Shown piece by piece: positions 1 through 16,749 of a stretch of 64,000 nucleotides of DNA. Source of the stretch: Eledone cirrhosa. Its lineage: Eukaryota. The notes under the pieces are model-generated. The model ran no database searches. It saw only the letters and a program-made list of their open reading frames with translations, and was not told the origin of the DNA. Within the stretch, counting starts at the first letter, position 1, and each line of letters begins with the position of its first letter. The stretch lies in assembly GCA_964016885.1 (NCBI GenBank), contig OZ024740.1, positions 310,806,001 through 310,870,000 on the forward strand, read 5' to 3'. Made by a program: the position numbers and the translations under genes.

Positions 1-225
1 ACTATATATAGATATACTAGGCGTTAATGAAACGGTACACATTTAATAAAGAGTAATAATTATAATCATTGTTATTAGTTTTATACAAATGTAACTACGA
101 TTATGTTATTATACTAGATAAAGGTATTTGTACTAACTATATATAGATATACTAGGTATTAATGAAACTGTATACATTTAATAAAGAATAACAATTATAA
201 TGTTTGTTAGTAGTTTTATATAAAT
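1..225. repeat. Diverged ~136-bp-period direct repeat
   Basis: actatatatagatatactagg..ttaatgaaac..acatttaataaaga..ttttata occurs at 1-90 and ~137-222. Confidence 0.75.
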
Positions 226-1077
226 AATTTAAACACTCAAATGACATTATTATAGATGTTTGGTTTTCCCTGGAAGGTCGAACTTATATAATCATTTACT
301 TAATACAATATATGAAAAAATAATAAATTATAGTCTTGGTATATTATGATCAATACACACATATATGTATGGCTGAAAACTCTGACTTCTTTAAGGCCTG
401 TTAATACTTTAGGCACTCTAACTATTTAACAATAAATTCCTTAATAGTTATAACTGTAAATATCTCATAAATGATATTATAGAAACTGTTGTCAATATTA
501 TAAGTAATTTTTGGCAAAGATTACCTTTATGGGGATATCGAACATTACATGTATATTTTTCTTTCTTTCGCGGGTTTTGTAAATCCTTTAAATTTGTCTT
601 CATAAAATTTGAATTTTAGAAATTTAACATAATTATATTATAATATTAATACAAATACCCATCAACTTTTAAAACCTATAATTTGATTATTTACCTATTT
701 ATAAATAACATAAATTAAATATTTTTAAAATTGACCGCCAACCCTAGATGAATATAACTTGAGCATAAATTACTCCCCTTTGTCACTCTCTCTTAATTTA
801 CCTTTCATTTGTCTTCTAAATAAGTTATAACATCAGCTACGTCTTCCTCTATGCTTTCCTCCCCCGCATATTTTTCTAGTAGTTTTTTCTATAACTATTA
901 CATTGATACCATGTATTTCTTAAAATATATTACTCACACTCTCAATATTGATTCTATTACGTTCTCTCATGTTCTCAATATTAGGGTATAAATATTGAGT
1001 TTTCTCATAAGTTAATCACTACCTTGATTAAATCTTAACCATCTACCATGTCAGGGTATGTCATGTATCATTTTATT

Positions 1078-1136
1078 TTATCTGATGAGGACGTACTGTT
1101 GAACTTAAGTCAGTACCTCTGAAATATGTATAATAA
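1078..1136 (+). ncRNA. Type I hammerhead ribozyme motif (PLE-type)
   Basis: ttat-CTGATGA(1082)-stem II ggacgtactg/cagtacctct-GAAA(1121)-tatgta-TA-ataa; followed by a tail with gagtgctt (1212) running into the TA array. Confidence 0.7.
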
Positions 1137-1270
1137 CATTTAATTGATCACAAGAATATATGTTTTGTTAATATTTGTAATTAATATTAATAACTCTGGA
1201 AATTAACTGTAGAGTGCTTCCAATCTATTGTAAAACTCATTCTTTGATGTACTCATTTAATCTTGTTTAA

Positions 1271-2692
<1,422 letters not shown>

Positions 2693-3101
2693 CCGGGAGA
2701 GATGACCCCTTAGCCTTTGTCAAGGCAGATTTCTAGGAGAAGGAAAACTCTGATATAACACCTGCAACCCTGATGGTATCCAATGATGTTGACTTGTTCT
2801 TCTTTTTGGTAAATATCATCTTGGTTAAGAGAGTGGGACTGGCTTTGTGCAGTGCCTTTGCTCACTATAAAAGCTTCACGGCACAGGCATTGCTTTATAT
2901 CTGGAGATCTCTCTGCACTTGTCGTCACATGGTACCATGGGTCCAGCACTATGTGTCAAGAATTGTCACAAGTGTAGTGTTTGTACCAGAGTTTTCAAGT
3001 CGCTGGCTGGACTAAAAAGTCACACTCGTTCAGTGCATCGGTAGGGGTTCTCCTACATGGATATAAAGTAGTGGCCGTAGTCGAAAACGAGTTGGCAGCC
3101 A

Positions 3102-3102
<1 letters not shown>
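2693..3102 (+). mobile_element. Diverged copy of a dispersed non-coding repeat (RTE 5'UTR-like/SINE-like family)
   Basis: ccttagcctttgtcaagg..ctaggagaagg..gagagtgggactggct..ggcagccacc shared with 8578-9172, 28785-29125 and 52413-52958. Confidence 0.65.
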
Positions 3103-3161
<59 letters not shown>

Positions 3162-4094
3162 ATATGGGTGAGAAGAAAACTGCTGGTTGCACATGGATAA
3201 CATGTTATAAAATGAGTCACTCATCAGTGATTTACCAAACGATCATGGGTATTTCATCGCATTAAAAATCATATACCTCACGTTGGAGCGATAATAACTA
3301 AAATAAGTTATTAGGACAATAGAAATGCGTAAAGCGAGTGAGACAAGTAAACAACACAGGGGGAAGCTAACCGAAGATGGAAATAAACACAAGCAACATA
3401 GTTATTCTTCCAGCATAAGCTGTGTGAATATATGAGCGAGTCAGAAAACAGACCTTTCGCTAGTGAATCCGGTGTTAGAAAGAATGAAAACCGTTTTCCC
3501 AGCGAACGGGAGGAAGAAAGAAGGGGAGAAACAGGGACTGAGTGAGTGGAGTGCGAGGAAGAGGTCAGTAGAGAGAAAGAGTTAACTGACATGGCAGAGG
3601 GGACGAAATATATACACATACATGCATACATATATATGCAAATTTGTATGTCCATTTCAGAATACTAGTAAGAGCGAGTGGGTATATATTCCCATCAAAT
3701 ACGTCTTTCCTTGTATTTAATGGATAATATAAACACCTTCTGATTGGAGCCCAAATAGGTAAGAAAATCGATTAAAGGTATTTATCATTTTTTTCAATTC
3801 ACAAGGTAATTCGTATCGTTTGGCATGTTTAGATGCCTACATATTTAAAACGTGTATATTTATACAAACATTGGTGCAGTCTTCGTTACCCACTCTATAT
3901 ATACAAATATAACTTTAGCATATACATATGTGCATATATATATATACATCTGCTAAGAGTACTGCAAGCGCTTGTCAGATTATAGAGTTTGATGCACTTT
4001 TAAGTCTGGCCAGCCACACGAACCTGTAACATATCCTGATAACGCAATTCCTGTACTTTGAAGGGGTTTTTTTAAGTGGAAAAAGGCCTTGTAC

Positions 4095-4430
4095 TCGACT
4101 AATCCCACTCTCTGAGCATCATAAACACTACCCGAAAAGGAGAACTGGTCAACATCATCGAATGCTTCCGAAACCGCAGAAGCGGTTTTTCAGAGTTTTC
4201 AGAGTTTTCCCCTCCTAGAAAGGTGTTGTGATAACAACTGGGGGCCTTTCATTCCCAGGTGGGGAAAAAAGTACTATTTGGATGGCGGTTGACTCTGTTG
4301 AGTTCCTCCGCCCTTTGCAGGGTCTTGTATTTCGTCCTGCAGGGTGTCCAACTATCACCCTCCTCCCCAAGGAAGATTGGTGCTGTTCGCCGACGACCCG
4401 ACTATGAGACAGGTTGTACTGGATGACATA
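4095..4430 (-). mobile_element. Diverged copy of the same dispersed repeat family
   Basis: aatcccactctctgagc..ggtcaacatcatc and ccgacgacccgactatgagacaggttgtactgg are reverse complements of motifs in 8578-9172. Confidence 0.6.
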
Positions 4431-4777
4431 TTACCAGTAGCACTCACATACATATATACATACATAACATGCATGCATGCGTGTATGTGTGTGTGTATAC
4501 AGAGAGAGAGAGAGATATCTAAATCCTTCATAGACAAAGTTTCATATAGTAAAATAATTAAATAATTTCTAGACGTTTGAGTGCATTCTTATTTTTACAT
4601 ATATTGATAAATAATACAATACATAAGTAGGTGACAGAGAAATATCTTATATAATGCAATGCTACATAGCTCATTAGATCATTAAATTGTATGTTTAGAC
4701 ATAGTATCACTATGTATAGCAGTCAGCTCAGTTAAAAACTCTCGGAGAGTATCAAAATAGTTAGCTATTTTTTGTGA

Positions 4778-4945
4778 AGGCGAGTGTCTTAGTGGTTACA
4801 GAGCTGGATTCGCAATCATGAGGGTGCGAGTTCAATTCTTTGACCAGGTGATGCGTTGTGTCTTGAGCAAGGCACTTTATTTCACGTTGCTCTTTCTGTC
4901 AGGAGTTGCGATCGGTAGATAGTATCAGCAATGGAAACATTGTTT
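4778..4945 (+). mobile_element. tRNA-derived SINE (family B), diverged
   Basis: tRNA-like head tagtggtta..gttcaatt, then tgtgtcttgagcaaggcactttatttcacgttgctc as in 21432-21520 and 22739-22888. Confidence 0.7.
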
Positions 4946-4949
4946 CCTT

Positions 4950-5760
4950 GGTTCGATTTGACGAGGTCCACCACACTCGGTAAGCAAATGAGATCTGGGA
5001 ATCGTCTACGGAGGCTGCATATGTGGCATCTTTGAGCGCTTTCCAAGAAGCCGCAACGTCGTCAGAAATCTGGACAGAGTTAAAGGATGAGTCCAATTTT
5101 GCAGAAAGTTCCAGCCTCCTATCAGTGGATTTCAAAGCCCCCACATCAACTTTGGATGAGATATGTGGCTTTTGAAAGCGCCGTTTAGTGGAGCACTCAA
5201 TGAAAACCTACTGAGCAGCAGTGTATGATCCGAGAAATAGCAATAAGAGTGAAAGGAGTAAGTGATTTTCAAATATTTTAGGTCACCTCTCTGTGTAACA
5301 ACATCGTCAATTATGTGCCAACTTTTAGACCTAGGAAGCATCCGTGCTGTCTTATAATTTGGTGGTTGTTGAAAAATGTTATTAGTGATGCTAAGATCAA
5401 ATTTCATGCAGAGTGAAAGCAGCCTAAGCCCATTTGAGTTCATAGCTACGACTCCATTAAATTCAAGAAGAATATGCCATGTTTGATAGTCATTTCCAAC
5501 CCTAGCTTTGAAATCTCTCATTATAATGAGCTTATCCTTGTATGTTTGAAACAATGGAAACCACTGTGTGTAGCTGGTCCGAAAATGTTACGATATCCAG
5601 CTCAGATGAAAAATAGTTGGGGCGTAACAACTCATATATATATATACATTTTAAAAAATTCACTGTACCTGCTATGGTTACCTTTACCGTACGGTTTTGA
5701 GTCTCAAAAATTAATGGATAGTCCTTACGGGCCTCCATTGAAAAGATAAACTCTCGTCAG
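4950..5760 (-). pseudogene. RTE-clade LINE AP-endonuclease fragment, decayed
   Basis: ORF 5132-5554: DKLIIMRDFKARVG..NSNGLRLLSLC..LSITNNIF..PRSKSWHIID..SDH. Confidence 0.8.
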
Positions 5761-6284
5761 AAGGTTCTTTTCACTCGGAGAATATAAAATTCCCCAGTTC
5801 GAATTACGAACTGGCGCTATTCAAAATTGTTCCCGAGAAGAGAGTGAATGATGTGGAAGCAATTCTGTCCAGTGCCGTGTGCAAAGATAGAAGGCAGAGG
5901 CAGAAATGTCAATACACTACCACTAGAAATAGCAGCAGTCAAAGCGACCAAATGTTATCTCGACCAGGGGGAGATTAATAATAATAAAGTATATATCCCT
6001 GCACGCAAAATACATATAGGGACATGTATTATCCAACCATATGCCAATGTGGTTCATATATATATATATATATATATACATACATACATACATACATATA
6101 CAGGGATATGTTCATTCTGTCATTACAACAACAGAGGTCCGACGAGCTTTTGATTCCAGAGTCGGGCCAGATCGATACTGATCGAACCTTGAGCTGATCA
6201 ATAGCGAAACGTGCGTGACCAATCAATAAACGTAATGAAATCTTAACAAATCGTCCTTGTATTATTATTATACATATATATATA

Positions 6285-6463
6285 AGGCGGTGGATTGGCA
6301 GTGTCGGTAGAAGGTCGGTAGAAGGTCGGCCCTTGTCATTCTGTGTTCAAATCCCGCCGAGGTTAACTTTGCCTTTTATCCTTAAGGGGTCGATAAAATA
6401 AAGTACCAGTAATGCACTGGGTAATTGCTGGCCTTGTGCCAAAAGTAGAAACAATTATTATAC

Positions 6464-6524
<61 letters not shown>

Positions 6525-6825
6525 ATTGAAAACATGACTGTACTCCAGTTCGATCAATTTTGTGAAGGATATTTCGTTCATTATTAGTTTGACTTTGCCT
6601 TTCATCCTTACGGGGGTCGATAAAATAAAGTACCAGTAATGCACTGGGTAATTGCTGGCCTTGTGCCTAAAGTAGAAACAATTATTAGTAACCTCGATGG
6701 TCTGAGTTCAAATCCCGCCGAGGATAACTTTGCCTTTCATCCTTACGGAGTCGATAAAATAAAGTACCAGTAATACACTGGGATAATTGCTGGCCTTGTG
6801 CCAAAAGTAGAAACAATTATTAGAA
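6285..6825 (+). mobile_element. Cluster of three tRNA-derived SINE copies/fragments (family A, octopus OK-like)
   Basis: Repeated gttcaaatcccgccgagg..actttgcctttcatccttacggggtcgataaaataaagtaccagtaatgcactgggtaattgctggccttgtgcc..agtagaaacaatt; B-box-like GTTCAAATC. Confidence 0.85.
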
Positions 6826-7246
6826 TAATTCCGGCCAATAGTCACTGAAAGCAACACATTCTCTTATAGAATTACAGAATTGCTAAACTGATTGATACAA
6901 TAATCTCATATATGCCAGATCCTTATAGTATAAGATCATTAGAAGTCCCTGAAGCCCTACACGAAACATCTTACATGTTCTTAAATATTTGAATATATAT
7001 AAGAAAGAAATGTAAGAAATCTTCCAGATAATACAATAGCTGGTTAATTAGAATGTGAATAAAACACGAGAAAATACAAAGACTAATTAGAATTGACAAT
7101 AAAACACAGAAATTCAGACAATGAAGTAGGCGAATCATGACATTATGATGTATATAGAGAGAGAGATAGAAATAGTGAGAGATGGAGAGAGAGATACATA
7201 TATATATATATATATACACGCACACATATGTATGTATGTATGTATG

Positions 7247-7291
<45 letters not shown>

Positions 7292-7338
7292 TGAATATGG
7301 CGCATGTCTCTCAGACATGACAACCCTTAATTCTAATT

Positions 7339-7383
<45 letters not shown>

Positions 7384-7617
7384 TAAATCTACCAAAATAT
7401 ACGGTAGTGTCCATTCCGTATGAAGAACTCAATGTAATCCAAATATCATGAAAAGAGAAGATGTATTTCTGATAGTTTGTAATATTTCTGATAGTTTGTA
7501 ATATTTTTACATAGATCTATATGATATACATACCAACACACATATATATCCTAGAAACGATGAGGAAATTTTTAATATAAGGAACTTGTTCTTTGTTTTT
7601 ATTCATTGTTTTTATTA

Positions 7618-7655
<38 letters not shown>

Positions 7656-7763
7656 CGGAGTGTAGCTAATAAATGAAACAAAACAAAACACAGGAAGCAA
7701 AATTACAGTTATATTAGGTTCACGCTTGTAGGAAGTGCAGAAGGTTTATATGAGGGACTGAGT

Positions 7764-7799
<36 letters not shown>

Positions 7800-8577
7800 G
7801 CGTGTGCGCGTGCGTTGTGTGTGTGTGTGTGTGTGTGCGTGTGCGTGTGTGCGCGCGTGTGTGTGTCTGAGTTGATGTGCTCAAAAGAAGGCATTTCCAT
7901 CTTTTGATTTGAGGTCACATACGGATGAACAAATCGATAATAGAGTCAAGACTATCACATCAAAAAGCACCTCGAGCCAATCATCTGTGAAACATATATA
8001 TTACGTTCGATACGTAACAAAACTATTTCAAAGGAAGATTTCGTTATCTCATGCATAATATATGCACTCTACTTATTACAGTCATACAACGCAGAGATAG
8101 CTCGAGATGTACAAACTTCCTTGAGAATCCATTAATATCTTTGTGCTCATTTAAGCAATAAGACTATTGAATAACATACACATATATATATATTTATATA
8201 CACGCTATGCCGTCGATTTGGCTGAAACCCACTGCATTTGGTTATTCGCTCGACGCCTTGACGTTCTGAGTTCAAATTTCGTCGAGGTCCATCTTTCTTT
8301 TTGATCATTTCGTGATCCATAAACGAAGTACCATTCCAGTTTCGGTGCAGCCCTTTTTCATTCAAGGATCGTGATGGTGGAGAAGATGCTTGAGTCTATT
8401 CCTGACTGCATACACACGTAAAATCCTTACCGAAAGCATGGTGCATACTATCAAATCTTACATGATTGCCATTGACTATTGTATATTTTACATACTCAAG
8501 CATACACACACACACACCACATATGTATGTATGTATATATATTGTGTCGGGTCACTCTTAAGTGCTACTGGTAACAG

Positions 8578-9172
8578 CTAACCCAGTACAACCTGTCGCA
8601 TGGTCGGATCATCGGCGACTAAACCGGCAACCCCAACAAGTTTACTTGTGAGGAGGGTGATTTTGGACACCCTACAGGACAAATACAAAACTTGACAAAG
8701 GGCCGGAGAACTCATAAAAAGTGAACAGCCATCCAAAAATGTGAAAATATGTATATACATGTGTAAGTATGTATTTATATATATGTATATATGTATATAC
8801 AAGCATGCATCTGTATGTATATGTACGGGTACATAGAAATGATCGGGCTGGATACCCAATCGCGCGGTTAAACCACTGGGAGTGAAGGACCCCTATCCTT
8901 TCTCAAGCATTCTTCTAGGAGAAGGCAACTCAGGAAACTGGGATAACTCCGACATAAAACCTGCGGCTCAGTAGTTAACGATGATGTTGATCTTTTCTTC
9001 TTTTCGGGTTATAGCTACTGTCGCTCAGAGAGTGGGATTGGCTCAGTGCACAGTTTTTCCTCACTTTAAAAAAATCTTCACGCACAGGTATTGCACGATA
9101 GAATTAATTAATAATTTTTAATAATGTTATATCGTGCAATGGCCATACTCGATAACTAGGAGGCAGCCATCA
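8578..9172 (+). mobile_element. Dispersed ~600-bp non-coding repeat, apparently complete collinear copy
   Basis: High similarity to 28785-29125 and 52413-52958; ends ggcagccatcatg at a TATG/TA repeat. Confidence 0.75.
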
Positions 9173-9895
9173 TGTATATATATGTGTATGTCCGTATGCA
9201 TACTTACATTTATATATGTATGTATATATATATATAAATTGCACCAAAAGAACATTTTTTTCCTTATAATGTATACTGGCACTCTCTAACAACTTCGTCC
9301 CTCTATTCAAATTACAAAATTAAATTTCGTATGTCACCTCCCGTATGGTAGACATAGATACGCATACACACTGATATACCACCAGACACTAAACAATATC
9401 ACGAACAAAATAAACAGCACTGCAACATACATATATGCACGCACACACAAACATACACACAGACTCACACAAGCAAATAAACTAACAAACAAATAACATG
9501 TCATTCAAAACATGCATCACATTCGTATATACATAACAGTATTAATAGTTCCAGTAATGCACTGGGTATTTGCTGGCCTTGTGCCTAAAGTAGAAACAAG
9601 TATTAATAATAGATCCGGACGATCTTCACCATGTCGTCACACCACCTAGCACACCGGGCTATATGCCTGATAAACATTTTTTTTCTTTTTCTTTAATTAA
9701 TCTTCCAGCCTCCTTTCTTTTAACGTAACTCGTCATTGAGAACTGAAGACATACGTTGAGACATGTATTTCATTTTTCCTACAAGCATGAGACTAAGACT
9801 TTGTGCAATTGTACATCTGTTTTGGTTTGTTTATTCTAATCATATATATCTGTATTTGTGTGTGTTTGTGCATGTGTGTGTGTGAGAGTGAATGA

Positions 9896-10017
<122 letters not shown>

Positions 10018-10109
10018 GTAGAGACAATGAGAGGAAGATATAGATAGATAGATACATAGATAGATAGATAGATATATTCTTTGTGTGTGTGTATGTGTGT
10101 ATGTATGTA

Positions 10110-10140
<31 letters not shown>

Positions 10141-10444
10141 ATGTATGTGTTTGTACATACATACATTCACATATACAAACAAACAATTAAATAGAGAAGT
10201 GAGTGAAAAACGAAATGAGACACCTTTATCACTAAGTAATATTCAGTATAATGTTGCGGCTAATAAACTACTACTAAATGAGACGTATTGATTCGCTAAG
10301 GCTTATAAACAGCCACAGAATTAAATATTATGTAGAAGCAACATCGAGTCGGTTTTCTTTAAATATGTTTAGTTTCTGTTATAATATCTTTTATACCATA
10401 ATGTTAGCACAGTTGTATAAACACAAAGAACACAAATAGTAAAT

Positions 10445-10550
10445 AATTGTTTCTACTTTAGGCACAAGGCCAGCAATTACCCAGTGCATTACTGGTACTT
10501 TATTTTATCGACCCCGTAAGGATGAAAGGCAAAGTCAACCTCGGCGGGAT
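10445..10550 (-). mobile_element. SINE family A 3' fragment
   Basis: Reverse complement of the core at 6587-6690. Confidence 0.85.
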
Positions 10551-13500
10551 AATAATGACTTATTATTTCCATCAATAAACCTTTTTAATCAAATTTCATG
10601 AATGGACTGACTGAATGTAATGAAATAGGTTCCGTTTTTTTTTTAATTATTTCTTCATTTATTGGTGTGTAGACTGACGGCATTATTAGAGTGTCCGACA
10701 GAATGTTTCTCGGTATTTAATTCCGCTTCTTTGCGTCCTGAGTACCATATTGCGTTCCGATGTCAATTTTGCCTTTCATACTCCGTATCATATGAACCCG
10801 TAACTTTCAATGGAGTTGTAACTGCCTTATGGTGAAATACGGCGTTTCTTTTTCATGTTTAACCTGGTGTAGTCTATCCTTCTTCATGTCTGAGGACTGC
10901 CGATTGATTCAAGAAAACGAGAGAACGAGAAAGAGAGAGTGAATGAGGTATATAGGTTACGATATAATTATTCTCTTTCGTTTTATCACGTGGTGATTTT
11001 TTTTTTTTTTTTTTTTTATAAAGTTGGACAGTTTTAATAATATTCGAGAATGTTAATACATAATTTATTTGCGTTAATCCGTACGGTGAGCAAATGGGAT
11101 CCCATGTGAAGAAAACCCAACAACAGAACTGGACTGATACCTTGTTTATCGACCTCGAAAGGATGAATAGAAAAGCTGACCTTAGCAAAATTTGAAATCA
11201 GATTGCAGAAAGCCGGAATGTATACCGCGAATCATTGTACTCAGCGTTCAATTCGCCACGTCTGTTTGCATAGATTACATTTGATGATATAAATGTTTTG
11301 TTATTGTTTTTAAATGTTTTCTTCACTATGCTTCCAGCCTGGGAATGGCTGCAAGCAGAACATTTAGTAATATCATTGGGTTTTTTTTTACATTGATTTT
11401 CACTGTTGATACTGAACTCTGTATGTACCCTTACACAATGAGCCTATTTTTCTCCAAACGAAAGTATTAGTGTAGTGAACAAATTGCATATATTCCTCGC
11501 TGTCAGTCTTGAATATATATATATTTATATGGGGGAGGTGTGGAAGTGGAAGAAGTGAAATGAAATAACGGCTATTGGAGATTTCATATAGATTTTAAAA
11601 TTTTCTGTAATAACTTGACAGTTTTCTGATGCATAAAATCAGATCCAATATAGTAGAACATTCGAAAATACTCAATTCAATATTGGTTATACAAAATTGA
11701 ACAATTATTACATGAAAAAGCTTTTAGAAATCACTTTCTTTAAGAGACAATATATTTCTATTAATTTTTTTTCATGTCATTTTATCGATACCTTAAGAAC
11801 ATAGCTTTGCACGTAACTTGATATCTATTGTTTCTGATTATGAATGTTCTGAGTAGATTTCCTTCTTAAGATTTACTAAAATTGATATATCCCATATTTA
11901 TACACGTGAAATTTGAAATGTTCAGGCAGTTTATGAAAGAAAGCAAATAGTGATGATTAAGATGTGGATGTGTTCTAATAATGTCGTTGCTTCAAAACAT
12001 AAATGCTGCACCAGGGATACAGCATATCACGAAATTTTGCTTTTCATTTGTTCGTTCTTATGTTGCAGCGTTAAAACGCAAGTAGTTACTGCCGTGCCAA
12101 GAGTTTTGCAAAGAGCAATGGCTGGGACGTAGTTTATGAGATGAAAACGCCTCTTATTATGCCTGTTAGACGTTTAAAACAGAACAATAGTGTTTGCTAA
12201 CATATAATCTATTATTAATTATGAAATGATAAAATCTTCAGCAAGTGAACTGGTAGATCTCCGGTGTTCATCTATATTGGAAAACTAGATGTATTTAAAC
12301 GCCGATGCTCTCTTTCAACGGAAGAACATCTCTTGGCGTCATATAACCTCCAACTGTCGATAATAACCTGAGCTAGATTGCTCATATCACAATTAAAATC
12401 AATATGCTTGCAGTGCTCCTGAATTCTGAGACGTCATTATCTTTTGCTTATCAACCTTTTCTTAGTCTCACCTTTAATATTAATACCACTGCCGTCTCAC
12501 CATAACACACTAAGTATTATCAGAATTGAAGCATGCCAATTACAAAACGACTAATGATATGAAAGATATTCCATGAATATTTTCTAAGTGATATCTGATA
12601 TAACGTTAGAAATAACCCATGCTTTCTTTACCCAATGAAACTCACAATATTGGAACAGAACTATTTCACTTACGGTGACTCGAATTTCTTTAGTGTCATA
12701 CCGTAACAAATCACGTCAAAAAGGGTTTCACAACATTCAGATGATACCTGGAAAACTTCTTCCAAAAAATACCAAAGGAACCACTGACATCTGGTTGGCT
12801 ATGACTAACGACATCTCCCTACACGAGTAGGGTATAATTTCCCAAAATAATACATAATAAGAAATATCTTGAAAAAGATTATCAGATAGTGTTATTAATT
12901 TAGACATGGCTAGGGTAAATATTGGCCCAAATCGCTTAAAATTAGCAACACTTATGTGTAAATACGTATATAAATATAACAAGGGTTTAGATCGATTATA
13001 CGGTGATTTCAATCTCGTTGCTTACAATTTTATCAATATATCAGTTCGGAACAGAAAGTTAGATTAAATTGTTGCAAGGTAACAGTCCCAGGCTGACAAC
13101 CTTGCAGTGAAGCAGAGGAAAATTAATAATTGAACTACTTAACATGTGAAAGAGATAAAGTACTCACAATTTCAATCATTTGAATAAGCCAGTATCTCCA
13201 TTGTTTAACACAGAAAGTTGCCAGAATACATATATTCTCTAAGAGGCCTGTAAGGTATTGTTTCGAGCAAAAGAGGAATTTTTGTAATTATCAATTAATT
13301 GTAAACCAACAATCAACAAGTTCTAGACTATTAGCTCTACTCAGAAAGCTAGGCCATTAAATCATTAGAAGAATCCAAAAATATCGACGTTACTCCTACA
13401 TTTACGGTTCGATACTGGTATTCCACGTACTAAAATTAAGCTTATTAATAATTAGTCAACAAGACACCAGCAATGGCAAGCTACCTTTGGTATGTGCTAT

Positions 13501-13747
13501 AAATAGACGCAACACTTTCGCTACTGAAATAACTCGACTAAAATTTCCCAAAAAATGTTTTAGAAGTTAATTATATCTATTTCGATCTCGTTGCTTTCAA
13601 CTTGCTCAACAAATCAATTCGGAGCAGACACATTACTTAAATCGTGCAAAATAATAATCCCTCGCAGGAACCCTTACATTAAAAGTAAATAGAAGTAGCA
13701 AAGAAAACAACACCAATACTTTGACGAAATCTATGTATAAATATATA

Positions 13748-13780
<33 letters not shown>

Positions 13781-13789
13781 GAATACATA

Positions 13790-13830
<41 letters not shown>

Positions 13831-13835
<5 letters not shown>

Positions 13836-13997
13836 TAAAAGGAATATCAACTTTGTCTGATTTACACGTTTTATTTACAACCATTTAAAATTTATAATGG
13901 TATTAGAATGAAATACACATTATAATACCATTATAAATTTTAAAGGAGTGTAAATAAAACGAGTAAATCAGACAAAGTTGGAATTCCTTTTATTAAT
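13831..13997. repeat. Diverged fold-back inverted repeat adjoining (TA)n
   Basis: attaataaaaggaat..aactttgtctgattta..tttaaaatttataatggtatta mirrored by taataccattataaattttaaa..taaatcagacaaagtt..attccttttattaat; ~15-nt spacer. Confidence 0.85.
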
Positions 13998-14070
13998 ATA
14001 ATCTTCTATACACAATCATACACACCCGTGTATATTTATCTATATCTATCTATATTTATATATATATATA

Positions 14071-14121
<51 letters not shown>

Positions 14122-14447
14122 TGTCCAGGGGAAGTCTTGGACTCCCAGTGGCTTCACGCCATGAAATGTATATATATAACTATATATATATATATAAATG
14201 AAAATAGAGAAATTAATGTTAGATAGAAGCCAACAGTAATTCAGATATATAAGTGAATATTACGTCAAGATGAAAAATATTTAACGTAAGATATGGGAAA
14301 ATAATTTAATCCCAATTCAAAAAAAGTCAAGACGAAAATTTTATCCACAGATTTATGTGTAATCCGGGGAAAAAACCAATAGAATCTTAACTCAAAATAA
14401 AATTAAGAGTAAATACTTATCCGTCAATTTGGAAAAATCTACAAATG

Positions 14448-14526
14448 CAATATATAGTCTTAAAAAGACTATTTCACGAAACTTTTCAGTGGGGTTAGTC
14501 ACGTTTGGAGTCGTTCGTCAGTAGTG
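14448..14526 (-). ncRNA. Type I hammerhead ribozyme motif with full stem III
   Basis: Minus strand: cacta-CTGACGA-acga..tcgt-GAAA-tagtctt ttt aagacta-TA-tattg; 8-bp stem III, 4-bp stem II, stem I with one mismatch. Confidence 0.65.
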
Positions 14527-14825
14527 TTCGACACGTTGACTGAGACCACAGCTAAAATATGCCAAAGGGGAATTTAAAAGCTGGCTAGTCAAACCTCGTG
14601 TGGAATTGAATTAATAAACACACATGGAGACAGGGCTAATGACATCAGAATGAGACGAATGTCCGTTTACAAGAAACAGCAGTCAAAACATTCCGAAAAA
14701 AAACTCAACAAAAGATATGGAGTTCGGCATACATTTCATTTTAAAAAAACCGGGATTAGTCACAAATAATTTGAAGCACTCAAGGAAAAATTCCGAGTAT
14801 AAATATATAAATGAAAATATATATA

Positions 14826-15049
14826 TGTATATATAGATTTCATGGCGTGAAGCCACTGGGAGTCCAAGACTTCCCCTGGACAGGACACCATCGTAATGTT
14901 AAACCTCCAGCTATTGCAGGTACTCATTTTAAGCTGAGTATACTGGAGCAACGTGAATTGAAGTGTTTTGCTCAAGAACAGAAGCCGGAACCCAGCAATG
15001 GAACCCACGACATTATGATCGTAAGACCAACATCCTTACCACAAGGCCC

Positions 15050-15050
<1 letters not shown>
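14826..15050 (-). mobile_element. tRNA-derived SINE (family B)
   Basis: Near-identical reverse complement of 22739-22888 plus 3' tail; the tail fragment also occurs at 14119-14167 (+). Confidence 0.85.
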
Positions 15051-15129
<79 letters not shown>

Positions 15130-15196
15130 CATAAATTATGTCCATAGAATCATTTGATAAAATATATACAGTACATATATATACATATATATATAC

Positions 15197-15256
<60 letters not shown>

Positions 15257-15289
15257 GTATATATATATATATATATATATACACATGTA

Positions 15290-15346
<57 letters not shown>

Positions 15347-15407
15347 GTATATATATCCATATATATATATATATATATACATATGTATATATATATATAT
15401 ATTCATA

Positions 15408-15447
<40 letters not shown>

Positions 15448-15449
15448 CA

Positions 15450-15627
<178 letters not shown>

Positions 15628-15644
15628 CATATATATATATATCC

Positions 15645-15690
<46 letters not shown>

Positions 15691-15758
15691 TTGCAAATGA
15701 AAAATAACCGAGGTGTCCTACACGAGTGAAAGTATAAAGAAAAAAAGATGAAATCGAA

Positions 15759-15892
<134 letters not shown>

Positions 15893-15946
15893 ATATATAT
15901 ACATATATATATATATATCCATATATATATATGTATATATATATAT

Positions 15947-16727
<781 letters not shown>

Positions 16728-16749
16728 GATAGATAGATAGATAGATATC

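Noticed and set aside
3160-3235. CTGATGA on the minus strand near a TA array
   Set aside because: No downstream GAAA or stems; at most a deleted relic
3311-3655. 114-aa Ser/Leu-rich ORF
   Set aside because: Product of a purine-rich low-complexity tract; no domain signal
6340-6365. tRNA-like GTTCAAATCCC
   Set aside because: SINE head; no cloverleaf
10890-10920. CTGAGGA..GAAA, and other isolated CTGANGA words (20972, 27875, 29463, 53901, 63747)
   Set aside because: No pairable stems I-III, or inside LINE coding sequence
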